A stretch of 63,941 nt of DNA, counting the filler. It is 15 parts of 15 records of this genome, joined end to end, with 100 filler letters (N's around TTAATTAATTAA, not from the genome) between each part and the next. Parts side by side here need not be neighbours in the genome. Positions count along the whole stretch, not along the records: positions 9,348 to 13,893 come from SRR15195285_6617; positions 13,994 to 23,482 come from SRR15195285_6624; 13 more parts are not named here. One strand, 5' to 3'. A program made the position numbers and the translations under genes. Under the pieces are notes generated by a model, which was not told where the DNA came from, ran no database searches, and saw nothing but the letters and a program-made list of their open reading frames with translations. Shown piece by piece: positions 9,349 to 20,100 of this stretch (position 1 is its first letter; each line of letters opens with the position of its first letter).

Positions 9349-12300
9349 CGACAGTGCACCGAGTGCACGATTTGCGAGGACGCTTTCGACGCAGAGAGAT
9401 GCGTGGTACTGTGTAGCTGCGACCTTTGCAGAGGAGGCTGGTCTACGGAGTCGAATACGTATTGTCCTGGGTGTAGTGCGGAACAAGTTGTGGGTGTTGC
9501 GAATGGCTTGCGAGCCCAAGAAGATCCCGCTCAGTTTGACCCTCGCGCCGTGTACTCGATGTACAGCATGGCCGCCAGTGGCGAGTCCGCAGCTGTCACA
9601 CATGCCGGGGGAATTCCCGTTGTGGTTAGAGCGATGATTTCGGTCCATGCCGGCCATCAAACCAAACTCTACGGCATGCTTGCATTGGGAAAGCTAGCAC
9701 AACACAGTGCACGGACTCGTGAGAGTCTTCTTAGTGCAGGCGGAATCGAGGCGACGATCGCAGCGATGGGTTCTGCTCCGACTACCCATGACTTCCAACA
9801 TTGGGGATGCAACGTGTTGCACCTGATCGTTCAAGACAGTGGCATTGCTCGCGAGAAGGTGTTTGAGTCGGGTGGCATCGGTACAATTGTAGAGGCAATG
9901 CATGCGTTCCCGGAGGACTGGCACGTACAAAGAAACGGCTGCAGCGTACTCGGCCGTATGGCCGTCCATAGTATCGCCACACGCGCCACGGTTGTATCAG
10001 CAGGTGGGGTGACAGCAATCAACGAGGCAATCCAGGCATTTCCTGACGACCGATTTTGTGACAGCGCACGTGCATCGCTAGATCCGTGCATCCTTGAGGG
10101 CACGGATGACGATGTTCGAGGAATCAGCTGTAGAGACGCCAGAGAAAGCATACTTTTCCAAAATCGGGCGCAAATCATCGAAGGCTCAGTGCTTGCAATG
10201 CAAAGCTCAGAGGATGAGCACATTCAGGAGCTCGGTTGCTACGCGTTGCTGTACCTCGCAACAAGCGGTGAATCCAGTCGGGCAAGCATAGTCGAGGCTG
10301 GTGGGGTTGGCGCAGCAATAGAGTTGATGCAAATGAGTCCTACGGAATACACATGGCCCTCAGCGATTGAGCCTGACCTCGCGAGTATGAGTCAACAGTC
10401 TTTGCAGTACACTTGCACCCTGGCCCACGACGTGCTCCCAAATCTGTGCAGTGGTGTAGCAGACTGTACCGGTCATGGTGCCTGCATGGGCGGGGTATGC
10501 TTTTGTGAGGACGCCTACGACGGATCGCGTTGCGAAAAAGATCGAACGTGCAGAACACCGCCACTCTCGTCTGAGTGCACCGAACCGCACCCTGCGACGA
10601 TGTGTGCTCTGTCGGCGTGCAAAGCAGACGATGACCGCGCCTTGATGGCACTGCCATATGCACGAGAGGCACTGCATAGTTTATCGTTCCCATATTGCTT
10701 TGGCTGCGAGTGCATCGCAACCCACAACATGTGTTCGGAACTCAGGAATGCACCGCAGCCAAACCTACGGTTGCCAGGGCTTGACATGGCGTGCGGATGC
10801 AGCTGTGGAGCACAGATCCCGCTGGAAGTCCGTACTTGCGTGGCGGCTGCGCTGCCCGAGCCAGACGCGCAGCCAATGTGGACCGACAGGCACCCATCCG
10901 AGTTCAAAACGCCAGCTGAAGAGTACAACGTGACACAACTTGTGTGCGATGCGGGGCTGGATGCGTTGGTTGAGCGCACGGCAGAGTGGTTGGACTTAGC
11001 GACAGACTATCAGGTGCAGACTGCGGAAGACAAAGCTGGCGTGATTGCGCACCAAGTCTGCGTGGAGCAGAGGTTCTCGGAGATGAAGTGCTTTGGTGCT
11101 TTTGAAAACCAGACGATCGATGCCCAGACGCTGCTCGCATTGAAAAGTGACTTGTCTCAGCTTCACCAACAAGCCTGTGTTATGGCTGAAAACTTTGCAA
11201 ATGGTTACAGCATTGACAATATGCTCAGCAGCACGGACGTTGGCTCGCTCAGTTTTCACACATACACAGAAGTCCTACAGAATCTGATTGTTTCATTGGG
11301 TCGTAAGAAACAGGAAATCGATGGCTTGGACCTGCAAACAGGTTTGACCGATCTGATAGCCGAAGGTTATGGCGGGGATACAGCTAATGCTGAGGATGAG
11401 GGCAACATCTGGCAGGAGAAGGCAAATGCTGCTGAGGAACGACGGGTGGCGTACACATCACAGATCCAAGACATAAGCCAGGCGATTGACGGTCTGATGG
11501 CAAAGATGGGAGTGCAGAGCAACGCGTTGATTCAAGCCGCCAATGACGAGATGTGGAGGGTTCAAGAAAGTCTGCAGTGTGCACTTGATGCAGAGAACCC
11601 CAGGCCGCGTGTGACGACATGCGACTACGTGATTGACGCGGCCAAGGCAGCCACGGGGCGAACCTGCCCTCACACTGGAGGGGCCCCCCGACCAATCTGT
11701 GATGAAAGCGACCGACTAATGTTCTCCCCGCCTCTACAGCCAAGTAGCTGCGTCACGTCACCTCCGCTGGCAAATGGGTGTGATTTTTCAATGGCTGGGA
11801 TCCAGGTCGCTCTCCAAACAGCTGCTGGGACGGACTTCGGAGAGCTCTCCAATCTCGACGATCTAGATGCATGCTGCGAGGAGCACGCTCTCTGTTACAG
11901 CCAATGCGGCACGACACAGCTTTTCTGCGACCAGGAGATGCGGTACTGTATGCGAGCCACGTTTACCTCGAGTATCCACGCCGTCAGTGGCGTAGTATCA
12001 CATCTTGAACATCTTGCTGGTGCCCTTGGTGCCCTTGGAAAAGCTGCGCATGCTCTCGACAAATCAACCAGTGCAGTAGTTAAGAGCCTCGCGCATCAGA
12101 GGAGCAGTTGTTCGAGGTTTGTCGAAGCCCAGGAGCTTTCCGTCTCTGGCGGCACCGATGCGCAGTGCAGAAACGCCGACGAGCATCGAGGTTGCATTTC
12201 CTCCTGTCACCAAGACCGAAGCTGCATGGACGCAGCCATACATTTGTGCCACACTGTCGCACATGTTGCCGGTGTGGTATCCTCAGTATCAGGGCGTGTT

Positions 12301-13833
12301 TCCGACCGCCTGGGGCCAGTGCCTCTTCCTGGCCCTGCAGGTGTAATACAGGCGGGATTATCCGCGGTTGAGACTGCGGCGGACGTCGTCGAAGGTGTCG
12401 CTGAGGCTGCAGCTTGTGCACTGGCCGTCGCTGAAGAGGTTGAGGCGGCCAGGGATGAGAATCCAGAATCGCAGTCAAGCGAGGAGCTGCAGCGGCAGTT
12501 TCGCGATTTGAACACGAAGAAGGAGGCAACGAAACAGATGGTTGGCACCGTGGCCGAGATGGCGTCACTAAGCACTCGTCTGATGACCGACCCTGAGATC
12601 GACCCGGCTTCGATCGCGAGAATTGACATGAGCTTCATGAAGCTGGACTTGCTGACGGACGATGCGCTGTCTAGGATGCTCAGTGCTGCGATACCGGCCG
12701 ACCAGCTATCTGCGGGCGACTACAGCTATGAAGGCGACATTCCGCAGCTTACAATCTTGATACGCAGCAAGCTTGATCAGACTCGTGCCTACTATGAAGC
12801 AACACTCGACAAGCGTGCCAACGAGCAGCAGCGTGACTTGCTTCGTCGACGAGCAGCCCGGGCGTTGCGACTGGTCAACCAGACCAACCATCAAAGTCAG
12901 CGCAACTTTGTGGACCGCAGCTTTTTACATGCGGAGCTGCGCGCAGGTTGTCATGTTGCAGTGCAGTATTTGATCCAGGCGGTGCGGGCGTACGAGTACT
13001 ACTTTCTAGACGACTATCCTGGACGACAAGCGCTCATCGACAACGTGCGGTCACGGTACCTAGACGGCAGTGAATACTTTGATCGTGTCAGCACAGCCCT
13101 TGATGATCTTGGTACAGATTTTAATGATAAGCTAGATGAATTCAACAACTGCGGTTCGGAGGTCTGGTCACGTACTACGTTCAACCTCGCCGACCTTCCT
13201 GCTGCGAAGCAAACGTTTGTAGAAACGGGCAAGATCCAGCTCACCATTCAAATGCCGAACATCACGAAATTTTCGAAAGTCCAATTTTCGGACGTGCAGG
13301 TGTACTTGCTGGGCTTTCCCGACCTACTCCAAGAGGCGACTGCATCTCGACATCCAATTCTCACCCTCACATTACGAAAAGCGGGCACTTCAGACTTTCT
13401 CGATGCGGAAGGAAAAGTGCGCCGATTCACGCACGACGTCACAAAACCAGCGATCGTCTTCGCATACGAAACAGGAGACTGTACAGCCACAATGCAAGTA
13501 GCTGGCAATCGGTTTGGCACATGCACTGATAGTACCTATATCTCGCCGTCGCCGTACGGCACCTGGGAGGTGCAGGTAGGGGCAGTGACAAACACTAACC
13601 CAGTGCTGAGCACTGAACAAGTCTGGAGCAGACTGTCGGAAGTGACAGCTGTGCGCTTCCAGTTCAAACTCAAGGCTGTGCCACTGGAATATCCAACGGC
13701 AAGCGACTACTTGGCGCAAATTGATGGTGGTCGGCTAGTGTATTTCACGAGCTCAGGAGATCCACCAGGCGGCGAAGGCACCCTTGGATACGTCTGGCCA
13801 GGTCGCGATGCTAGCTCACCCAGCTGCAGGTAG
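9349..13833 (+). CDS. Large modular protein, 5' truncated: Cys-rich / ARM repeats / EGF / coiled coils with PLA2-like insert / TcA- or PtIP-83-like C-terminal domain
   Basis: Frame is open from the contig edge (RQCTECTICED...). ARM-like units (AGGIEATIAAM...QHWGCNVLHL). EGF CTGHGACMGGVCFCEDAYDGSRC. PLA2-like NGC...DACCEEHALCYSQCG...CDQEMRYCM. QAVRAYEYYFL and SPYGTWEVQV near the C-terminus. Confidence 0.8.
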   Translation, partial: RQCTECTICEDAFDAERCVVLCSCDLCRGGWSTESNTYCPGCSAEQVVGVANGLRAQEDPAQFDPRAVYSMYSMAASGESAAVTHAGGIPVVVRAMISVHAGHQTKLYGMLALGKLAQHSARTRESLLSAGGIEATIAAMGSAPTTHDFQHWGCNVLHLIVQDSGIAREKVFESGGIGTIVEAMHAFPEDWHVQRNGCSVLGRMAVHSIATRATVVSAGGVTAINEAIQAFPDDRFCDSARASLDPCILEGTDDDVRGISCRDARESILFQNRAQIIEGSVLAMQSSEDEHIQELGCYALLYLATSGESSRASIVEAGGVGAAIELMQMSPTEYTWPSAIEPDLASMSQQSLQYTCTLAHDVLPNLCSGVADCTGHGACMGGVCFCEDAYDGSRCEKDRTCRTPPLSSECTEPHPATMCALSACKADDDRALMALPYAREALHSLSFPYCFGCECIATHNMCSELRNAPQPNLRLPGLDMACGCSCGAQIPLEVRTCVAAALPEPDAQPMWTDRHPSEFKTPAEEYNVTQLVCDAGLDALVERTAEWLDLATDYQVQTAEDKAGVIAHQVCVEQRFSEMKCFGAFENQTIDAQTLLALKSDLSQLHQQACVMAENFANGYSIDNMLSSTDVGSLSFHTYTEVLQNLIVSLGRKKQEIDGLDLQTGLTDLIAEGYGGDTANAEDEGNIWQEKANAAEERRVAYTSQIQDISQAIDGLMAKMGVQSNALIQAANDEMWRVQESLQCALDAENPRPRVTTCDYVIDAAKAATGRTCPHTGGAPRPICDESDRLMFSPPLQPSSCVTSPPLANGCDFSMAGIQVALQTAAGTDFGELSNLDDLDACCEEHALCYSQCGTTQLFCDQEMRYCMRATFTSSIHAVSGVVSHLEHLAGALGALGKAAHALDKSTSAVVKSLAHQRSSCSRFVEAQELSVSGGTDAQCRNADEHRGCISSCHQDRSCMDAAIHLCHTVAHVAGVVSSVSGRVSDRLGPVPLPGPAGVIQAGLSAVETAADVVEGVAEAAACALAVAEEVEAARDENPESQSSEELQRQFRDLNTKKEATKQMVGTVAEMASLSTRLMTDPEIDPASIARIDMSFMKLDLLTDDALSRMLSAAIPADQLSAGDYSYEGDIPQLTILIRSKLDQTRAYYEATLDKRANEQQRDLLRRRAARALRLVNQTNHQSQRNFVDRSFLHAELRAGCHVAVQYLIQAVRAYEYYFLDDYPGRQALIDNVRSRYLDGSEYFDRVSTALDDLGTDFNDKLDEFNNCGSEVWSRTTFNLADLPAAKQTFVETGKIQLTIQMPNITKFSKVQFSDVQVYLLGFPDLLQEATASRHPILTLTLRKAGTSDFLDAEGKVRRFTHDVTKPAIVFAYETGDCTATMQVAGNRFGTCTDSTYISPSPYGTWEVQVGAVTNTNPVLSTEQVWSRLSEVTAVRFQFKLKAVPLEYPTASDYLAQIDGGRLVYFTSSGDPPGGEGTLGYVWPGRDASSPSCR

Positions 13834-14185
13834 TCAAATGAGTGCGCCTTGGAGCAAGAGTGTTTGAGGTAGTGATGCAAGGTGGGACTGCATNNNNNNN
13901 NNNNNNNNNNNNNNNNNNNNNNNNNNNNNNNNNNNNNTTAATTAATTAANNNNNNNNNNNNNNNNNNNNNNNNNNNNNNNNNNNNNNNNNNNNGATAGAA
14001 TCAGATAAGTCGATTTGGATTTTTGGGCCCGGGTGGGGTTGGCTGTCCCAGAACCCCCCCCCCTTTATATCTATTAAATGAACCGCGTACGCAAGGGAAG
14101 AGCTCTCTTGATGGAATTGGGCGAGAAAGCAGCCATTCATTTCCAATTTGTACACTCAGGCTTTTGCATGCATGTTCGACAGCCT

Positions 14186-17100
14186 CTACGGCCTTGCGCC
14201 AAGTTGCTCCACAGTAGTGCTATCAGGGAGCAAGTCCTCTTCGCCGTTTTCTTCCCTTGTTTCTTCAACATTTTGGTCTTGTCCTCCGGTTTCCAAATCC
14301 ATGGACTTCATCGATGCGACGCCAAAGTAGTTAACGAATTCGTCAAAATCAATCTCTTCGTCACCGTCAGTGTCCATGCTCTGAAACATGCGACCAGCCT
14401 CGAAAACCCGCTCATCGTCAGTTTCGCCATGCAGACCGAGCATGTGTCCGAGGTCACGGTCTTGGCGTATCGCACTCATGATCTCGTCACGAGTGATGCC
14501 TCCGTCTCCATTGGCGTCCACTCTAGCGAACGCGTTGCGGAGCTGCTCGACATCCTCCTGACTTAGGGCAGAGCTTCGGCCGTCTTTTGGCACCCACACG
14601 GCCCGTGGCGTTTGGATGCTGGCCCTGCTGTCAATGTTGCTATCGCCTCTGGTGCTGCGACGCAGCGTACGTTCTACTTCTGACATCTGTGCGTGTAGCT
14701 CACCTTTTGATGCATCCAAGCCGACTGGCTTGGAGATGATGTTGGGCAGTACAAGGCTCAACGCAAGACCAACAGCATTGGTAGAGGTTTTCGTTGCCTG
14801 CGCAACAGCGGCTGACACTGTGGCATCAACGTGACCGCCAAGGTCCTCCATCATAGGTTTCGCAGTGGCAAAATCGTACACAAGCTTGTCGTGTTCAGCC
14901 ATTGACTTGGTTAGCACGACAGGTACAATAGGCACCTGGTGAGTAGTTGCAGTATAGAGCCGGGACAAACACCGCGATTCTTTCATCACGTTTGCCGACT
15001 GTACTAAAAGCACGCAGTCTGACTCTTCAGCAATTGGTACAAGATCCGCTGGAGTGACATCGTTGATATCTCGTGTGCGGCCGCTGCACGTGTCAATCTG
15101 TAGCACGACCTGGTCCTCGTTGAGCTTCGTGTTATCCAGCAGCCACTGCCTAATCTTCGCTGCCTGGGCTACAATCGTGGGGTTCTGCTCTTCATGAATG
15201 ATGGAAACTGCATGCTTCAGCACTACTGGCCACGGATCAGCTTCGATGGGCTTCACATTGTCCAGTAACGATGCGTTTTCCGGGCACGCTTTGTTGACCA
15301 GTGCAGCTGCCACCTGGCGGATCTGGTTTTGCAAGATCACGACGCTTTGGTGCGGATCAAACGATATCACGTCGTCTTTGCTCAGGCGTATGGCTGACTT
15401 GATCTGAGGTCCCAAAGTGTTGGCAGAGTAATTGAACGCCCGAAGAGTTTCTTCGGCCATTGGATTCGTTTTTGCTAGATACCCGGAAAGATCGTCGAGG
15501 ATGGTTGAAATCTCATCGATGTTGCCAGCAAATGCATTGGCCACACGCATCACAATGATAGGCACGTCGTATTCCACTGCCGTGGCTACCTCAAGCAGAC
15601 ACCAGGGTCGACTAAGGATAGCTTTTGTATACATCAAAATGAGCGCGTCCGAGGTCTTAACACAGTTCAAAAGCTCTCGGAGATCAGTCAGATTGTCTGC
15701 ATCAAGGAATATCTGATCTTCTCTGGTGCGCAGGCCGCGAACAAGCTCAGATTTGAGGACGCGCGCTTCAGCTGCCGCCTCGTTCTTGAAATGAGACAGG
15801 AATGCCGCATACGTTTTCTCCACATACCAGCCATCCACGTACCGCTTCAAGTCGAGCCGGTCGGTGTCGGTTGCAAGGCCAAGAGACTGTAGGTCAAACG
15901 AAAGCTTGCGCTGCTGGTTGATATCATTCGAGCGCTCTTGTCGATTGAGGACCTCTTGCACGTAGCGAAGCTTTGAAATGACAGCAACCAACGCAGCTCC
16001 GGGAACCAACACAATAAATGAAATGAACAATATCATGTCATAGACATCAACGCCAATGATCTCCCAAGAAAGATCATTTTTCAGAACGATCGCCGTCGTA
16101 ATTACCTACGGAGCAACAATTGATGGTTCACCAGGCGCGACAAGTCCAGTTAGTTCTGACTGCCAAGCAACCTGCATGTCTATGCAACCTTGTTGACCTC
16201 CTGTGTATCACAAAAATGACAGACAAGCGACAGCAAAAGATGAAAGCATTGAGGCTTCACAAGACGTACGATGAAGACATGCATCTCCGTCGTCGCTCGC
16301 AGTACATTGTCTTGAACGATCTTGTACGGCCATGTATACATTTGCAGTGCGAAAAATCCAAAGCTAAGCGTAATGGCACAGGAAAGCTGAGCAACGCTTC
16401 CTCGGCCAACCATTAGCACGAGCCCAACCAGTGCTAGCTTGCGCAGCATATCAAGACTCTCCTGTTCGACGGAGCACAAAGATGAAACACGTGAGCATGT
16501 GATCAATTGCTTAAACGGCTCGGGGGCATGTGGTACCTACCCAGTACAGATAGTCCGGCACGTATGCGTCCATCAAAAACGAATAGCTGCGGCCAATTGT
16601 GACGTCACGGATGACGTATTCTGCTGTCTTCTGTTCGACGCCAAGTTCCGTGGCCATGCGCTGAGCCATCTCTTTGTTCTTCAGTGCGCTGTCACGCTGG
16701 TAGGCACGAGCAGCACTGATCAGCACGTATCCCATCAGAATCGGCAGCCCGACTGCCACAACTGCAATCACGGCAGCTGACAGTGCCTTCAACGCCTGGT
16801 GACTCGGATCCTCGCAGAAGACAGCATCATCAGCGTCGAGTACACTCATCCCAGGCCTCAGTGTGCGGCAAATGAATGTGGCAAATGAGATGATGCAAAT
16901 CGTTGGATCTGCGCAACAATTCAGCGTTTCCTCTCATGATCAAACTATGAATGGGTGCTACAACTGATTGTCTGATTGCATTGTTGGAAGCGTACAGCAG
17001 AAAAAGATTCCGAAGAAAATATGACTCTTGGCGTTGGTATTTGCCTTGGAGACTCCGTTTTTATGTCGATCATAGATGTAGTAGCATAAAATGATCGTTG

Positions 17101-20100
17101 CAATCATGCCAGGCAGTCCAACCACGCGTAACAGCCACCTGCTGGTGAAGCCCTTGAGGCCGAAACACTCACTGGGACCGAGAGCGCGGAATAATAGTCC
17201 CCACAGGTCCATTACTGGCTTCAAAGCCGCAATCACATCCTGCTCACAGTACCAACACAGGCGTGTCAGATGAAATGACATGAAATGCGTGTGTAATGAC
17301 TTCCACTTTACGAACAGGACAGGCCAGGCCATGGCAAGACAAGACTCACGCCAAACAGTCCCGGGTACTGGAAGTCTAACACGTCGCCGAGCTGACTGGT
17401 GATCTGCGAGTAGGTGATCAAGATGCGCCCAGGTTGGAATGCGCAGCGCGCCAAATGTTTCAGCGAGAAGGCTTTCCACAGCGATGCCATGATCGCACCA
17501 CCAACAAAGATGGCCAAAAGAATACCAACCAGGACCAGCATGGACTGCTTTGTATAGCCTGTGCCCTCGCACGGTTCACACTCGCGTGATGGTGACATTC
17601 CGTAGCCGTTTACGCAACCGTCGCAGACCTGTCCCTCGTAGCCGTGTGCACACACGCCTGGCACAGCATTGGCCGGGCATCGTTTCCGAGCCAAGTCCAT
17701 GTCGTTGTGACACCGAAATACAATCAGTGCACCTTCGTCAACCTCAAAGTCTGCTTGTGCTAATCTGCGCCTGCTGGCCTGTAGTTGTAACTGTGGAATT
17801 GTGAACCCCGCACTGACCACAGGATCTGCTCCGTCCTTGCACATGACACACCCTTCACCGGTAATATCTGTTGGACAGGATGCACAGCTCTGTCCAGTGG
17901 CGGCAATCGCAGCAGACTGTGACCCTATTTGGCGGGAATAATAGTCAGGGTCGAATGATCCATGAAAACACACGACGTTTGCTTTCGTCGCATTGAAATA
18001 GGTTTGCTCGCAACCACATTGTTGAGATTGTGGACCAGCACTAAGTTTACGTGTTCTATGTACACCACAGTCTTCGCAGCGCTGGTACGATTCGTCCGCA
18101 ACGAGCGTCGAAGGGCAGGGAAGACACACGCCAAACGACGAGTGATTGTTACCATTGCAGCTATCACAGCCATCTTGATCGGAATTAGGTCCAGTGCCTG
18201 CTGGGCAAAGTATGCAGTCGATGCCATCTTCGTTGAATGTCTTCTCAGGGCAGTGGCTGCATGAAAGAGAGTACTGGGCGTACGTACACGCTTCGCCACC
18301 TTTGCATGGATGCTCTGTACAGGCACCACGCAGCTGACCATTTCGTGAGCCGGGACTGATCATGATGCTTTCTCCGTCAATATACGGCTCGTATGTTGTA
18401 TCTTTGGCTTTAATTACGTCTGGCTTTTCGATCCACATGGCGTCGGCGCAGCGAGGGCACAGTCTCGTCGTGACACCGTCCTCGTCCTCGGTTGTTATAC
18501 TATTGCTTGGCAACGTAGAATTTTCAACAAACGTTGATGACTCTAGTGTCAGCACCGCGCCAGCTCCTAGGATCGGACTAATCAGATGATCAGACACGTG
18601 GTTCTTTTCAAGCTGCGATGTGGTGAGCGTTATAATGCTGTTGAAAGATATGATTGCTCCTGCCACAGTCTCTCCACTACCCATGTTCGTTCCGAATGCA
18701 GTATTTTCGGCGGCAACCGATGAGCTGTCAGATATGAAAAGTGCACCAGCTGTGGCTCTGGCACTGGCTCCAGCGTTTGATATAAAGCTTGAGTGGAATA
18801 TGGAGGCAGAGCTTCTGGCAATGAGCAAGGCTCCAGCAGCTTCACCCCTATTGTCAGAAAACATTGTGTTGACAATTGTACCAACCGCTCCCTTGATGAG
18901 AGACACAGCAGCACTCGCAGGCTGATAGGAATTTACGTTTCCGGCGTCGTTTGCCCGCACGACACTATTAGCAAGATGCAGCGTTGACTCAGACACAACG
19001 AGCGCAGCGGCTCCTTGGTTGTTGGCGAACCGACTGTGCAAAATTTCAGCGCTGGACCCGTCGTCACAAACAATCCCTGAACCAGAAACAATTTCGGGAA
19101 AGTGGATTTCGCCGAGACGCATTGGCGGGGGCTCGGTGTAAGAAGTAACTTCCACACTGTTGTCTTCAACCCGCACATGCCATAAAAATATTGTCGAACT
19201 CCGCGCATACAGTGCTGCAGAACCAAGCGTCTGCACGCTGTTGTCCAGCATTTCCGTGAACGATAGTGATACATTCGAGTCTCGAGCGTATAGTGCTCCT
19301 GCGCCTACAGCTTTCTGTGTGTTTCCACTGAACCTTGAGTACGTAATGTTAAGCGTACAGCGTACGCATGACAACCCAGCCGAATGGCCAAGACCACCTC
19401 CTCCTTCCGCTTCGCCGCCATCTATGTCGACATTCCGAAGGAAAACAGATGCGTCGGTCACCGTATGCTCTGCCCGAATTGACCTCGAATCAAGCGTAGT
19501 AGCACACGGAAACCCACAAATGTAAGGCTTCAGGAGTTCACACTCTGAGTCCTTCCACGCAGAGTTCCAGTTGTGCGTTTCTACGGTTGTATCTACGTCG
19601 ACGCAATTCTCTGTGCCCCAATCATCGTTACAGCTCGTACCAGACACGCCACAGTCGGACTTGCACTCCTCTACGGGCACTCCACAACCCCAGGAATCTG
19701 GCTGCAGTGCCCTCCAAGGCCAAAACGTGGAATTCTGTATTACGCCACCCCCCACCCACGACCAACCAGGATTCTGGCTATTGCGACTACACTGTTGTGT
19801 AACCACGTCACAAGTGGCACGTTCCCCGGTCATTGTGATCGATTCATCCTTCGGTACGTCAGCAAAGGTCCCGTCGCATCCCATTTCGTAGTCCAGATCG
19901 TTCAAACCAATCCAGGCCCCGCTCCTTTCCTCGTGAACCTCATGAATATTTACGAGCTCTTCGAAGTTCAAAAGAGAAGCGAGGTGGCCTCCTCGTGATA
20001 CACACTCTGCTTCAGCTTCGTGCCATGTCTTCCTTTCCCGATCGTACTCAACGTTGCAGTGCGCGGCTGTGTCTGTGTCGCTGCAAGGATACCCGCAAAA

